Below, one piece after another: positions 10,912 to 24,125 of a stretch of 64,000 bases of DNA. Location of the stretch: NCBI GenBank assembly GCA_030141605.1, contig JAQGDQ010000040.1, positions 372,001 through 436,000 of the forward strand, given 5' to 3'. The notes beneath the pieces are model-generated. The model searched no databases. It saw only the letters and a program-made list of their open reading frames with translations, and was not told the origin of the DNA. Every line of letters begins with the position of its first letter. Within the stretch, counting starts at the first letter, position 1. Source of the stretch: Tubiluchus corallicola (taxonomy: Eukaryota; Animalia; Priapulida). The translations under genes were made by a program, and so were the position numbers.

Positions 10912-11199
10912 TAGGAATGCCTAGAGTTTCGCTCCAGAAAACTTTCGTTTATCAATTGAACAGTGGCTTTGGTCAGAATCATGAATTTTGCTTTGAAACT
11001 GTATAATTTTCAGCAGAAATCCTGAGTTTTGCTCAGCAAACCGCAGTTTCCGTTCAGAAAACTGCAATTTCGCTCGGAAATCTTGTGTTTTGCCACTTAC
11101 CTTTTGGTATATAGCTTCAGAAAGCCACATAGTTTTGGTAGCAAAACTTTGGTTTTTTAAGTGAAAGCACTGCCTCGCTAAAAAAAGCAGGCATTTCTA
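10912..11199. mobile_element. MITE-like element filled with ~20-21-bp subrepeats
   Basis: Termini TAGGAATGCCT...AGGCATTTCTA; internal gttttgctcagaaaac-type units. Related copy at about 39020-39260. No TSD recognised. Confidence 0.55.
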
Positions 11200-11293
11200 A
11201 TTATTTCATATTTAGCTTAGCATAACTATATAACTTTTCGTATATTTACATGAGTTCTAAATTTCCCTGCTTCATGTTCATTTTGCTGATCAG

Positions 11294-11464
11294 TGGAAGG
11301 ACGTCGTGCTAGAGTGAAACAACAACGACCAGCTGCTGTTGAAGATCTGAAAGTTACTGGCACCAACAAAGACTGGAGCCTTGTATACTTGGAATGGACA
11401 GCACCAGATTTTATTCAAAAAAGTGACGAAACTGTGGATCTTCGCATTGGGGCAACATTTAAAG
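11294..11464 (+). CDS. CLCA: CLCA-family gene, linker plus FN3 repeat B exon 1
   Basis: gatcag| ... G|gtcgtt, phase 1-1. Encodes (V)EGRRARVKQQRPAAVEDLKVTGTNKDWSLVYLEWTAPDFIQKSDETVDLRIGATFK; LVYLEWTAP is identical to exon 2908-3027. Not in the ORF track. Confidence 0.87.
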
Positions 11465-11929
11465 GTCGTTAATATCATCCTAACTATATTGACCATTATC
11501 ATCATATGCCGGTAACATCTGTTGTAGACATTGCTAGACAGAATTCTAAAATAAAAGAAATCTGCCCTTAGAAAAGGTAAACGTAGCAGTAATCCAGCAA
11601 AATAGCGCCACTTTCGAGTTATATTGACCAATAACTTCTAAATAAACACGCGATATTGGAAGAAAATGGAAACAGCTTGGTGGGCTGATTGTGTGATTGG
11701 ACACTGACTGATAAAAATTACAAGCGTCAGTAAAGGAAAACCGGATGATTGTGTAAACATTAGTTCAGAATAAAAAGTGCTCTAAAATATTGAAAACTAC
11801 AATAGCTTTTTTAGATCAAAGTTTAGATTAAATAATAATTACCTCGGATACTCAATTTCGTTAAACTTTCAAAGCTACAACGGCAGCGGCGTCTTTTTGT
11901 CACATTCGCGTGGCCGACATATAGAAGGC

Positions 11930-13181
11930 TGTGATATGTGTGGTGTACCACCTATGATATAGGACGCTTTCGTTACGACACCACAAACACTTTTTTGCTA
12001 CTAATTTCCGATATGTGCTGACACGTGGGTTCAGTGAATCTTTCCATTTAAGCATAGTTCACAGACATGTATACAGAATAGAAGCAAATAAAACAGTTTT
12101 TAATATTACCGATAAATTCTGTGTTTAATGAGAGAATAAGAAGTAAAAACAATTCACTTTAAATCAAAACAATAACAAACTTGTTATAATTATAAACGAC
12201 GTTTCTAGTTAACTTATGACAAACAGAAGACTAGTTAGCCCCAACCCAGGTGAAGGAGAAGGATGTGAGGTAAGTATACTTATCAGTTGTAGTCGGAAGT
12301 GCAGTCGGAAGCTGTCGGATTCTAACGTTTGACGTTCTCCATCACTCTGGAAGCTGGAATAACGTGACTAACCGGTTATGCGAACTTCGTGGAATCTTGA
12401 GCAGGTACTCTTCCAAACCTCAGCAGGGGCTGGAATCTCACGTGGTCACTCCTACAATGCTTGTCAGGTATACCGAAGTCGTAATTGGTTACTTCACCAA
12501 TCCTAGTGGAGTGCAGTGGAGTCCTGACCCGTGGAGCTCGCGGAACTACCATTGGTACTACGTCTGGTCATAACCTGGTTGTTTCTGCACCGGATCTCCT
12601 GAACTTCCGTTTACAGCAGTACGTCTAATAACGAATAACAGCCAGTTTATGGGTGTTTCCGCCTCACGGCTCGAACACCTAACCCTTTGGTGTGTCAGTG
12701 CCTTTTAATCACTTTCTATCTCCACAATAATTAAGACTTGACTTCGATTACTAATCAATTTTCGCCGGAAGCCATATTCGACGACTTCACTGGCTTAGCA
12801 CGTTCGACACACTGTGTTGAACCTAGCTTCAATTTCTAGAACAGGTAAAACTGGATGACCTTGTCCTTTAACACGACGATTCATTGGCCAGATAGCCTGT
12901 TCAGTTGGGCGTATGACCAATCACTTACTTTCTTGTAAAGGAGCTCTAGGGCAGGTATGAGGTGGGACCCTTCCCAGAGCTAACTAGGTGCATGCTCATA
13001 TATGTACAGTCACAACTTGCTTTATTGTAGTAGATAAATTCGCTTAATTAATATAAGCAATTAGCTAAATTAAGTTATTAATGCAACAAAATCATACTAG
13101 AATACAGTTCAACTATATTAGAACGGGTTGCAATGCGGCTCGGTAGTTCTTATATTCCAGACTGACGTCACGGACGTCACA
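11930..13181. mobile_element. Solo LTR (1252 bp)
   Basis: Termini TGTGA...TCACA with a perfect 5-bp TSD AAGGC (11925-11929, 13182-13186). No coding remnants seen. Confidence 0.75.
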
Positions 13182-14088
13182 AAGGCTGTACCGTGATAAG
13201 CGTGATCATGAACTGCGGTGTTACTTTCTGACGTCATATGATGTAGAGCCCATTTTTCGTGACATCATGCGTTTAAACAGTACTGTAACACTTATGCAAA
13301 TGTGCTTGATGCGCAAGGGAAGACGCCTGCTATTGCACAAACTGTGGTTAGTTTGTGACGTAAGCAATAGCTGTGTTCGATTGCTGTTAATTAACTTTCT
13401 AAGCTAATTATTCAAATATAAGGAACAATTGTTAACTTTTATAGGCAGGAAAATGTATATTTTGAACAGTAAATTAAAATGAAATTGAGTCTAAACAATC
13501 GTCCGGTCTTCCTTTAAGCAGCTGGTGGGGGAGTTTTTGGGTATGGCACCAATGATGCCACCCAAAATGGTTGTAAATTATCTCACACGGGCATGTTTTG
13601 TATTTGTAAAGCCCTCATTGCATCTTATAAAATCTGACGAAATTGTCTTGAGCAAACAAATTATCTTGTTTTGACCAAAGTAGACAAGACTAGTGATGAA
13701 AAAAACAACAATTAAATTATAAGGTACGTGGCTAATTCTGCTGCCAAAATGTACGTAATGATGCCATGCCACTAAAAATCATAAGAGATGATTAGGGACC
13801 ATATTGGACAAAACAAAATTAGTCCACCATGTCTTAGACGAGATTTGGAATTAGCCGAAAGTGCATAAGTTTGCATCATAGAATAATATTATTGTAATAC
13901 ATGAACTGTCATTATTGGACTAATCGACTTTATTATTACTATTACTCTCTGAATGACTTACCATCAGTAAAAAAGCATTTTCGATTCCCCAATTCAGAAT
14001 TAGGCCAGTCTATTTTTCCTAGTCTGACAGAAAGTTTTACCATTACGTAGGATCGTTTAGCTTGTCTTACTCGGAATTAGAAACTCTG

Positions 14089-14185
14089 GGCCCAGTTTCA
14101 CAAAGCCTTCACTTTAACAACGTCGTTATTAGATGAAAGTAATAACGACGTTCTTAACTTAGTGACAGCTTTGTGAAACCGGCCC
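14089..14185. mobile_element. PIF/Harbinger-type MITE (97 bp)
   Basis: TIR GGCCCAGTTTCACAAAGC / GCTTTGTGAAACCGGCCC, inner inverted repeat aacgtcgttatta / taataacgacgtt, CTG TSD on both sides. Confidence 0.8.
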
Positions 14186-14204
14186 CTGGGTTAAATTATA
14201 CTGT

Positions 14205-14410
14205 TCTAGACCGTGGTATTTCGGTAGTGTGCTCGAGAGGTGACGGGTTCAACTTAAGTCGAGTCACACTAAAGACTTAAAAATGGTACCGCTGGTTCTT
14301 CGACCAAGCACGCGGTTTACCGAAATAACATGCGTGTAATAAAAATCGGGACCACCTAACCTAGGAAATAAGTATTGAGGTATTTAAGGTGTTATCTCTG
14401 GATTATGTCC
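14205..14410 (+). mobile_element. tRNA-headed SINE with a Meta/MESC-like core
   Basis: Degenerate A/B boxes (gtggtatttcgg; gggttcaactt), then gagtcacactaaagacttaaaaatggtacc...aagcacgc, resembling the Meta-SINE core from recall. Followed by a trinucleotide tail. Confidence 0.45.
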
Positions 14411-14418
14411 TAAACAAA

Positions 14419-14530
14419 ATTATTATCGTTATTATTATTATTATTATTATCATCATTATCATCATCATCATCATCATCATCATCAACAACAACATCATCA
14501 ACATCGTCATTATTATTATCATTATTATTA
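14419..14530. repeat. Compound (ATT)/(ATC)/(AAC) microsatellite
   Basis: Direct reading. Confidence 0.95.
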
Positions 14531-15262
14531 CAGAAATTCCTTAATGCTGTACTGCTTTTTGTCTTTGTACGGCCTTTGCGTTTTGTCTGTAATCTCAGCG
14601 ACAAGATTGGAGAATTCAAAGGCTTCTTCATTCTTGATCAGAGGAAAACTAAATTAAGGGTCTTTTCTGGTTAGATTCTAATTAGCTAGTGTGACCTTGA
14701 GCTAATGGCTTCAATATGACGGTTACGAAATAGCGTTTGAGTTAGTGCATTAAATAAAAATTAAAGCAAAAAGTAAAATGAGAATGAATACATTTTTTAT
14801 TCGAAGATAAGTTGTATTTTTGTATAGTAACCAGCTGATAGTTATATTTGAATAATGTATAAACACGTATTAACTTTAAACATAAAAGTCAGTGCTAGTT
14901 CGTATTTCGGATTTTGGGATGATGGAAGTAACCAAGTAGTCAGCAATGCTATGTCTGGCGAGTGAATGCATGGGTGAGCACCGTATTTAATTATAGCTCT
15001 AGGCGTTTCATTCGTTATTCTGCTTCTGGTTGGAATTTCCTCAATGCGAGAAAATGCATTCACAAATAGACAGACAGATAGGTAGATAAAATAGGCAGGT
15101 TTATAGATAGATAGATATTTACATCCGAATAAGACTAAGGCACCACTACCAGTTCAGTTACTCGGGTTAGAAGATTCCGGTTCTACATGAGCGGGTCTTG
15201 CCTTTGAATATAGTTTGCAATATTTTCTTATTAATATTATTACACTTCATTGCTGTTTTCAG

Positions 15263-15327
15263 CTGCATACTATGAACTTTTCATGAGTGCTGACTCAACA
15301 GCGTTCAACGAAGAGTCGTCGAAAAGG
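15263..15327 (+). CDS. CLCA: CLCA-family gene, FN3 repeat B exon 2 (65 nt)
   Basis: tttcag| ... |gtaaga, phase 1-0. Encodes (A)AYYELFMSADSTAFNEESSKR. Same length and phases as 9171-9235. Confidence 0.88.
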
Positions 15328-16479
15328 GTAAGACTCATTTCCTCTAAGTAAAATGTAGCTTGTTACTATTTAACAGTGGTCCAGGATACAATTATTTTTA
15401 ATTTTTAATTTTTAACTTATCCCAATAACCGAGATGGCTACTCTAATGGTTTGTTCAAATCGGACTTTCTGGCTTGCACATTTAAAGGCAAAAACCACTT
15501 TTTGGTGAACTATGTGCATGCGTAGTCGCGTTCATGTGATATAATTAGCTATTAATTGGCGTTCATAGCATTAATTGTGAGACTGGACTGTAGTAATTAT
15601 TAAATAGACGAGCGCCAACCTCTATGAATCCTCTCAGTATGTAAACTTTGCCTCTATTAGTCAAATTGTTTGATTTAATTGAGATTCGTTGCCTGAATCT
15701 CATGTTTACGCCTTTTTTGCAGAATCTCTTTTCTAAGCTATTTCTACTTGTATTCTAGTAACCTAAATTTCACTCTTATGATTTTGTAATGATCTTTTGT
15801 GTCTTGTGCACTGCGCAGTGTCTTAAATAAACTGATTATTTCTTTTGGTTAAATTTCTAGCATTGATAATGACATTTATGCCGAAACCATCGTCTATACT
15901 CAATAAATATAGTAATATATGTAGTAATATGTAGTAATTATTGCTGCATGTTCAAAATAAATAGTGTAAATAATTAAATAATCTTCGGAAGTTGATTAAT
16001 GAAAAAAAGGTGAAGAAGAAGAAGAACGATGTTTCTGCGTGTTTTATTTGAAGGGATGCTATCCTTGCACACAACATGGCCGGCACACACTTGAGAAAAC
16101 TTGCTCGGGACTGACGGCAACGAAAACCAAGCCAAATAGTAGAACGAAAATGATAGTCGCTGCGTTCCCAACTATAGATCTGAATGAGACAACTGTGAGG
16201 CACTCTATAACATTGTGCCTCACGACGGCAGGACTGTTGGATGGCATGTTCATCTCATCCACACCGTCTGCCGAATAGCTGTGACGTCGTGCTAAGAGTG
16301 CCCGTCTTAGAGATCAGTGCCCGATCAAAGCAGGCGAGCCCCCCTGCTAAAGACAAAGACAACATTTATTTATCGTCACTCATTTTAACAGACAACATTA
16401 ACACTAACGGCTATTTAGCGACTTATAAAAATACATGCAAGGACGCAACACACAAATAACATGTAGGGTATATGTCCTG

Positions 16480-16556
16480 ACGTTGGCAGCCGCTAGTCTC
16501 GAACTCAAGACTGCATGGCTGCAGTCCGAAATCTATACCACTCGTCCACCCAACCC
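16480..16556 (-). mobile_element. tRNA-derived SINE head
   Basis: Minus strand GGGTGGACGAGTGG (A box) ... GAGTTCGAGAC (B box), without a complete cloverleaf. The body may extend down to about 16010. Confidence 0.45.
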
Positions 16557-16657
16557 AGGATTTAGGCTGCTTAAACGGGGCTGGTCGTTAAGGCCGGTAT
16601 TTCAGAGGCCTCGGAATAATTAATTAGATTCACATTTGTAATCCTTCTTAATTGCAG

Positions 16658-16757
16658 GTAAAGATTGCTGAATCCGACGTTGTTTCGGGAAATTTGTCGG
16701 CTCCATCTAGAAGTGGTTCTAGGGAAAAAATAACTGTACGCATCACTAATTCATATT
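16658..16757 (+). CDS. CLCA: CLCA-family gene, FN3 repeat B exon 3 (100 nt)
   Basis: ttgcag| ... T|gtaagc, phase 0-1. Encodes VKIAESDVVSGNLSAPSRSGSREKITVRITNSY; SGNLSxPS is shared with 9715-9814. Confidence 0.9.
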
Positions 16758-18181
16758 GTAAGCAGTATTTTCGTATTACAGATAACTTTCTGGTTGCATA
16801 CAATAAACGTATTGCATATAACTTTGTGGTTGCAAGATACACTGGAGAACTTTGAGTTTGATCGGTACCAGTCTGTTTAAGTAGGCCCCTTTTCGTCTTA
16901 TCCCTAATACTGTTGCGCGATATTATCCCTAATAATAACAGAATTTCAACACGTCTAACTTCACATTCACATTTCCTTTAGTGGCATTTTGATAAAAAAC
17001 ATAGCAGAGCGGTTTTTAGTGTAATTAGCACAATATAGCCACCAACATTTTTTGTTTCTCCAGATAAATATTATTTCGTCATCAGATGGCATCATCAGAA
17101 CATAGAACAAAAGACACCGTGTAATTATAAGTTAATGCCAAAAGTTAGAATTTTCAGAGAAGCAGTACAAGCCTGATTATGTTAATATTGTTCAACGGCG
17201 AGGAGCCATTTATTTTCACCCGCAACCCTACATTATAATGGTTCTATCAATTGCGAAGCCATTTCACACGGGCTGCGAGGTAACACTTCCGTGATTCTAT
17301 AGGTGCTTTCTACCATCACACACCTGTTCCGCTGGGTAGGCGGGTGCAAAGAAATTTTCTAGCTAGTTTTTCTACTCAAAATTTGTGTAACTCATCAACA
17401 CAGAGAATTCGGTTTTTTGTAGCTTGGACAGCACTTTTAACAAGATGTGTCTGATGTGTTGTAGCTGTGTAAAGACTGCAAGTTTACCTTAGAAATTCGT
17501 GTATGTACAGCAAAAAGACTTGCATATTGGCACCTGAGAGCATGTGGTTTCACTTTGTCAAGTATAGGCGTTTCGGAGACACTACGACCACAGTCATTCT
17601 CGTGGGTAGCCTGGACATGCCGTAGGTAACACATATCTGATGGACAGTTTTCCAGCGTCACCAAGTAATGCTGTGGCAAGCAGTCGTTAGGAGGTAGAAT
17701 CCCTGAACCATATTCATCTTCGGAAAGGAATAGACTACTCGAGAGTTGAGTTTCGGAGCATTTATGCATGAGAGAGCAAAAAAAATTCATATTTTGGATT
17801 CTCCGCACATTTTTCACCCCACCCCTACATTGTAGTGGTTCTGTCCATTTCATAGCCACTGCATACTATCACCTGTAAATAAGGTGGGTTGTAATGGTTC
17901 TGTAGTTGTTTTCCATTATCTCAGCACCCGCTGGCATGAGGAGGCTGGCTAATTTTCTACCGTTATCAGCACCATCTGTGTTCATTACGATACCAAAGGC
18001 AAGGAGTATTACCTTGTGATATTAACTGACAATTACACTGTGTCTTTTGTTCTTTACATGAACACACATTGTAACTCTTTATCCGTATTGCACCATAATG
18101 AAGCTTCCTGAGTACTTCGTTAACACCCAGTTATGGATGCGTGACAAATTATTGCAACAACTAGTATCTGATTACTTTCAG

Positions 18182-18492
18182 ATAAAAAAGTTCCAGTGAT
18201 ATGGTTTGCACTCATGTCTTATGGCGGCATTAACGACTCTACATTGAGCAGTGAGTTGTCAAACATTGTATCAGCCTCCTTCTCACAAGCCCAGAGAACT
18301 CAACGTGTTGGTAATGATGTTGAAGAAACAAGAAAATCTAGGCTCGGCCTTGCTTTAGGCTTAATTTTCGGATTTTTGATTGTGATTGGATTAACAGCCT
18401 ACTGTGTCCGTAATCGCAGAAAAAACACTAAAGATGATTCGTCCGAATCTGCTAATTCTGAGCATAGACAACCTTTAGAACCTCCAACTTAA
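18182..18492 (+). CDS. CLCA: CLCA-family gene, terminal exon: end of FN3 repeat B, transmembrane helix and cytoplasmic tail
   Basis: tttcag| then (Y)KKVPVIWFALMSYGG...SSELSNIVSASF...RLGLALGLIFGFLIVIGLTAYCVRNRRK...EPPT*. The hydrophobic helix is followed by a basic stop-transfer cluster. Confidence 0.9.
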
Positions 18493-18511
18493 TATTTTAT
18501 TAAGAGTATTA

Positions 18512-18517
18512 AATAAA
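18512..18517 (+). promoter_or_regulatory. Candidate poly(A) signal of CLCA
   Basis: AATAAA 20 nt after the stop, with T-rich sequence downstream. Confidence 0.4.
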
Positions 18518-19062
18518 TTGGTTTATTTTCTAATATTTCTCTAATGTTTTGATTCATTTTAACCACTATTACTTCTTAATAGGTGCTGCCATCTTTATGG
18601 CTTATGATGAATCTTTTAAAACCTATGCCAATGTAAACAAAGAAAATATCCACTACAACAGAAAAAACATTGGATCTACTGTGTACACATTTGTCAAATA
18701 TTCCCGTACGTGAAATACTTCCAAACTTTGTTTTTGCCCATACATCTATTCTTACTTGGTATATCGTTTGTTCTTCGGCCAAAATAACAATTTGACAGGT
18801 TTTAACTTTCAAGGCGAAAAAATCAGTAATTGATATTCACCATCATGAACGAAAACAAAAGGAATTTTCAGACTATTCGTTTATATACGACGTCGACGAC
18901 GACAGAAACAACAAAAACAATATATGAAATGTGACGTATCATAGAGCCAGTACGGCCCAGGGTACGTCAATTTAGGTCACTCCAATACGGCGACCAATAC
19001 GGTACTTTTTAGGACATTCGACAACATGTCGTCAATTAAGGTCGCCGCTCTCAATATGGCAG

Positions 19063-19350
19063 CAAAATGAAAATCTGTGTGTGTGTCCTTTATGCATCCG
19101 CATAGGCTGCAGCGCACCCCCAGATGCTGTGTGCCATAAGAACCAGTTTGGTCCTGGGAAGGTTTTCCGATTTAGGGCACCGTGAAGGGGTACTTTTCAA
19201 AACATTCGACTATGTGAAGTCATCGGAGGGGTCCCATACCAAGCATGGCCTTGAGAAGGTTTTAGGCTAATGCCGATTTGGGTCTCACAAACATTGCTAG
19301 AGAATATCTAGACACAAAACCATCAGAAGGGGGCAAGCCAAGCAGAAAAA
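19063..19350 (+). mobile_element. Possible non-autonomous Helitron-like fragment
   Basis: aaaatgaaaatctgtgtgtgtgtcc start and repeated gaaggtttt(aggcta) motifs, like arthropod non-autonomous Helitrons from recall. Confidence 0.3.
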
Positions 19351-21240
19351 GTAAATCCTGAAATCACATAAAATTCATTCGAAATTTTGCCGTCCAGTTT
19401 TGTTTCTGAAAGTGCCAATATAAATTTTCTACACAAGCGAAGTAGGGCCCAAAGTCTCTATAGTGATACTGAAGCAGATGTTAACATTCTTTTGCAGAGA
19501 AGATTTTTATTAGCCAGGTATGAGTGTGAACGTTTACGATTTTTTGCCAATGAAACAAGAAAGAACAGTTTTGAGACTGCAAATAGGATTATCCATGTAT
19601 GTCCAACACACAAATCGGCAGTGCTTGTTAAACCCCGCCTTCGCGGCTCAGTTTCGCAAACTCTTGCTTGTTGATAGCGGCTGCAATGCAAAACTATAAA
19701 CAAACCGAGAAAAGAACATGAAGAGTTCGTGCACGTTTGATGACAATTTGTCAGTTATTCTAAAAATGCATCATTGTTATATACTGCTGGATTACAAGAA
19801 ATTATCAAGCAAATTCATGCAAAAACACTCAATTATTTCACTCGAAGATGTGTATGCCCTACATTATATCTAGATTTTGTGTGAAAGATTAAACGTTGTT
19901 ATAATCCTTCGTAACCCTGCTGTTCGTTAATGAAAAATGTCAATTTCCATTAAAACTTGTTGTGAAATTATATTTTTATTATACTGCAAAAAATTAGTTA
20001 TTTTATTGAAGTATAAATTCTATACCTAGTACATATATATAAGTTTTATAGATAATCAGTCCATAAGACTGGTGTAAGGGTTTAAAAATGTAAGTTAGTC
20101 GGTTAGTACTGGCTTATATAGATACAATATGGGTTGAACAACATAAGTTAGTTATCCCAGATAAACTTTATGAATAATTATTAAGGGTCTGCCAAATACT
20201 AGATGTTCAACCCTAACAAACATTAATAGTATTTTTTGCTGTTGCGTTGTATTTGACAATCTCTTGAAATAGCGTTTAAACTTAAACGGAAACAAACAGG
20301 AAACCAACAACCTTGGGACAGACAGGTTTTCACTAATTTGAAAGGGTTCAGCTCATGTTACCTCGCAAGCTGGGAAAAACTTGATTTAAAATTTGTTAAA
20401 ATTTTTGTTTGGTTTGGACAAGTTTTGAAATCTGACCTTTCTAGGCACTAAACGTCTTTATTACTATTAAGCAAGCACAACATTTCATTCACTATAATTT
20501 TTTTACTTTACTGCCAAAATTTATTCACAGAAATACAAGCTCCACATCTGTTTATGAGTACCTTGTGATAGTGCAGCAGCCCGATCAGCTAAGAAGACAA
20601 AAGGAGCGCTGACTGACCGCCGCAAGATGAACCCCCTCTGGTTGACTGGCGTTTCCAGATATATGAATTGCCCAGGACAGTACAACTGACATTTTTCGCT
20701 AGATGATAGGTGAGCCTCCTAAAGCAGCACCTGTATGATTGGGACCTTGTCTGGCTGTATTATCAGGCAATGGGACACCTTTTAGATCATTTTTTTTGTA
20801 AAACAGCTTTCAAACGACCAACTAACCATGACTCATTCAACAAACCCTGCTGGGTTAACGCGAAAAAAATGTGAAATTTGCTGCTCACGGTCAAGCTGCG
20901 TTAGCTGCTTCCAGTAATGTTTTACTCTACTTACAGTAACGTAGCTGCAGTAAATAATTAAGAGTCCTTAAAACATTTAACCCTAAGAAATCGATAAAAT
21001 TGCCCACCATTTACCACTCGGGAAAAACGAACTATTGTGTTGGCAAGTCAACGTCACGAAAGAGTGTCAATTGCTATTGACTAACGATGCAAGTAATGCT
21101 GGTTATTTTGCCAAAGAGTTACGGCAGTGAAGCGATGAGTGCTTTATCGATGGCAGCTGCAGAGAAAATGATGTATGTAACTGATAAGTTCTGTAATGAT
21201 TGTAAGAACATAACTGAGCACCTAACTTTAAGTAAGTGAG

Positions 21241-23255
<2,015 letters not shown>

Positions 23256-23699
23256 GCCACTATTATGCAAAAGGGCTAAGAATAAATAACGACAGAAGCA
23301 TTGTATTATCATAATAAAAATAATATACCGAGTATAGTGCTAATATAAATCTCAGTAATCAATGTGATTGGCAATTAAGATTTTGATTTCGTTTCACAGC
23401 CAAATTTTGGCATTTATTGTTAAAACAATTTCGAGATGTACCTTATTATAGAATTATTAAAAGGATACAAAAAATATAAAAAATTAAGTACAGCTTCGAG
23501 CCTCGTGTAAAACTTTGTGTGAACTTGGTGGTCAAGGTAAACACTGCTGTGTCTGGTTAGTAAATGAATAAATCACCGCTAGAGTAATCATTTCTAGCCA
23601 GTTTTTTGGCCATTCTGCACTTGGAGGAGCACGTGTATAATACATAATCAAAAGCGCATAAAACACCTCAGACACTTCAATATCTCATCTTAAAGTATT

Positions 23700-24125
23700 A
23701 ATTTTAAAAAAATCCACAATATAGAAACGACAAGAAATCACATTGCTTCAAACTATCATTGTAATTTATCTTTAGGTGAAAGAAAAAAGGACATAAAACA
23801 GCTAATGCTAATTTTTTGAGAATTTTTTTATATCGTTAACGCATAAAGATGTGATGCTAAATGTGATGCTAAATAAGGATGCATACACATAGAAAAAGAG
23901 AGGGAAATAAAACTGCTTCTGTGCTTTTTTTTCTATGTACGTTTAGTTCTATATCAGTTTAATGTGATATCTTTTATTGTTCGTAATACAAAAATATCCT
24001 AAAAAACTAGTATTAGTTATTTTATTGTGATCTGTCTTCTTTTCTTTCACCTGAAGTAAAACTACAGTGGTAATATGAAACATCGTGTTTTTCTCGTTTC
24101 TTAATTGTGGAATATTCTTAATTAA
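23700..24125. mobile_element. Old foldback/MITE with diverged ~150-170-bp inverted arms
   Basis: tccacaatatagaaacgac...ttaggtgaaagaaa (23713-23785) is the reverse complement of tttctttcacctgaa...tcgtttcttaattgtgga (24041-24111). Confidence 0.7.

Noticed and set aside
10921-11190. Periodic repeats (also 8400-8500 and 35385-35510) as CRISPR arrays
   Set aside because: Degenerate head-to-tail units with no unique spacers, in a eukaryotic context with no cas genes.
16480-16556. tRNA-Cys-like gene on the minus strand
   Set aside because: A and B boxes are present but the anticodon and acceptor stems do not pair; treated as a SINE head.
9171-18492. First idea that the A and B exon sets are purely mutually exclusive 3' cassettes
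   Set aside because: A second WTAP exon at 11294-11464 links A to B in frame, so a tandem two-FN3 protein is the simpler model. Skipping remains possible.
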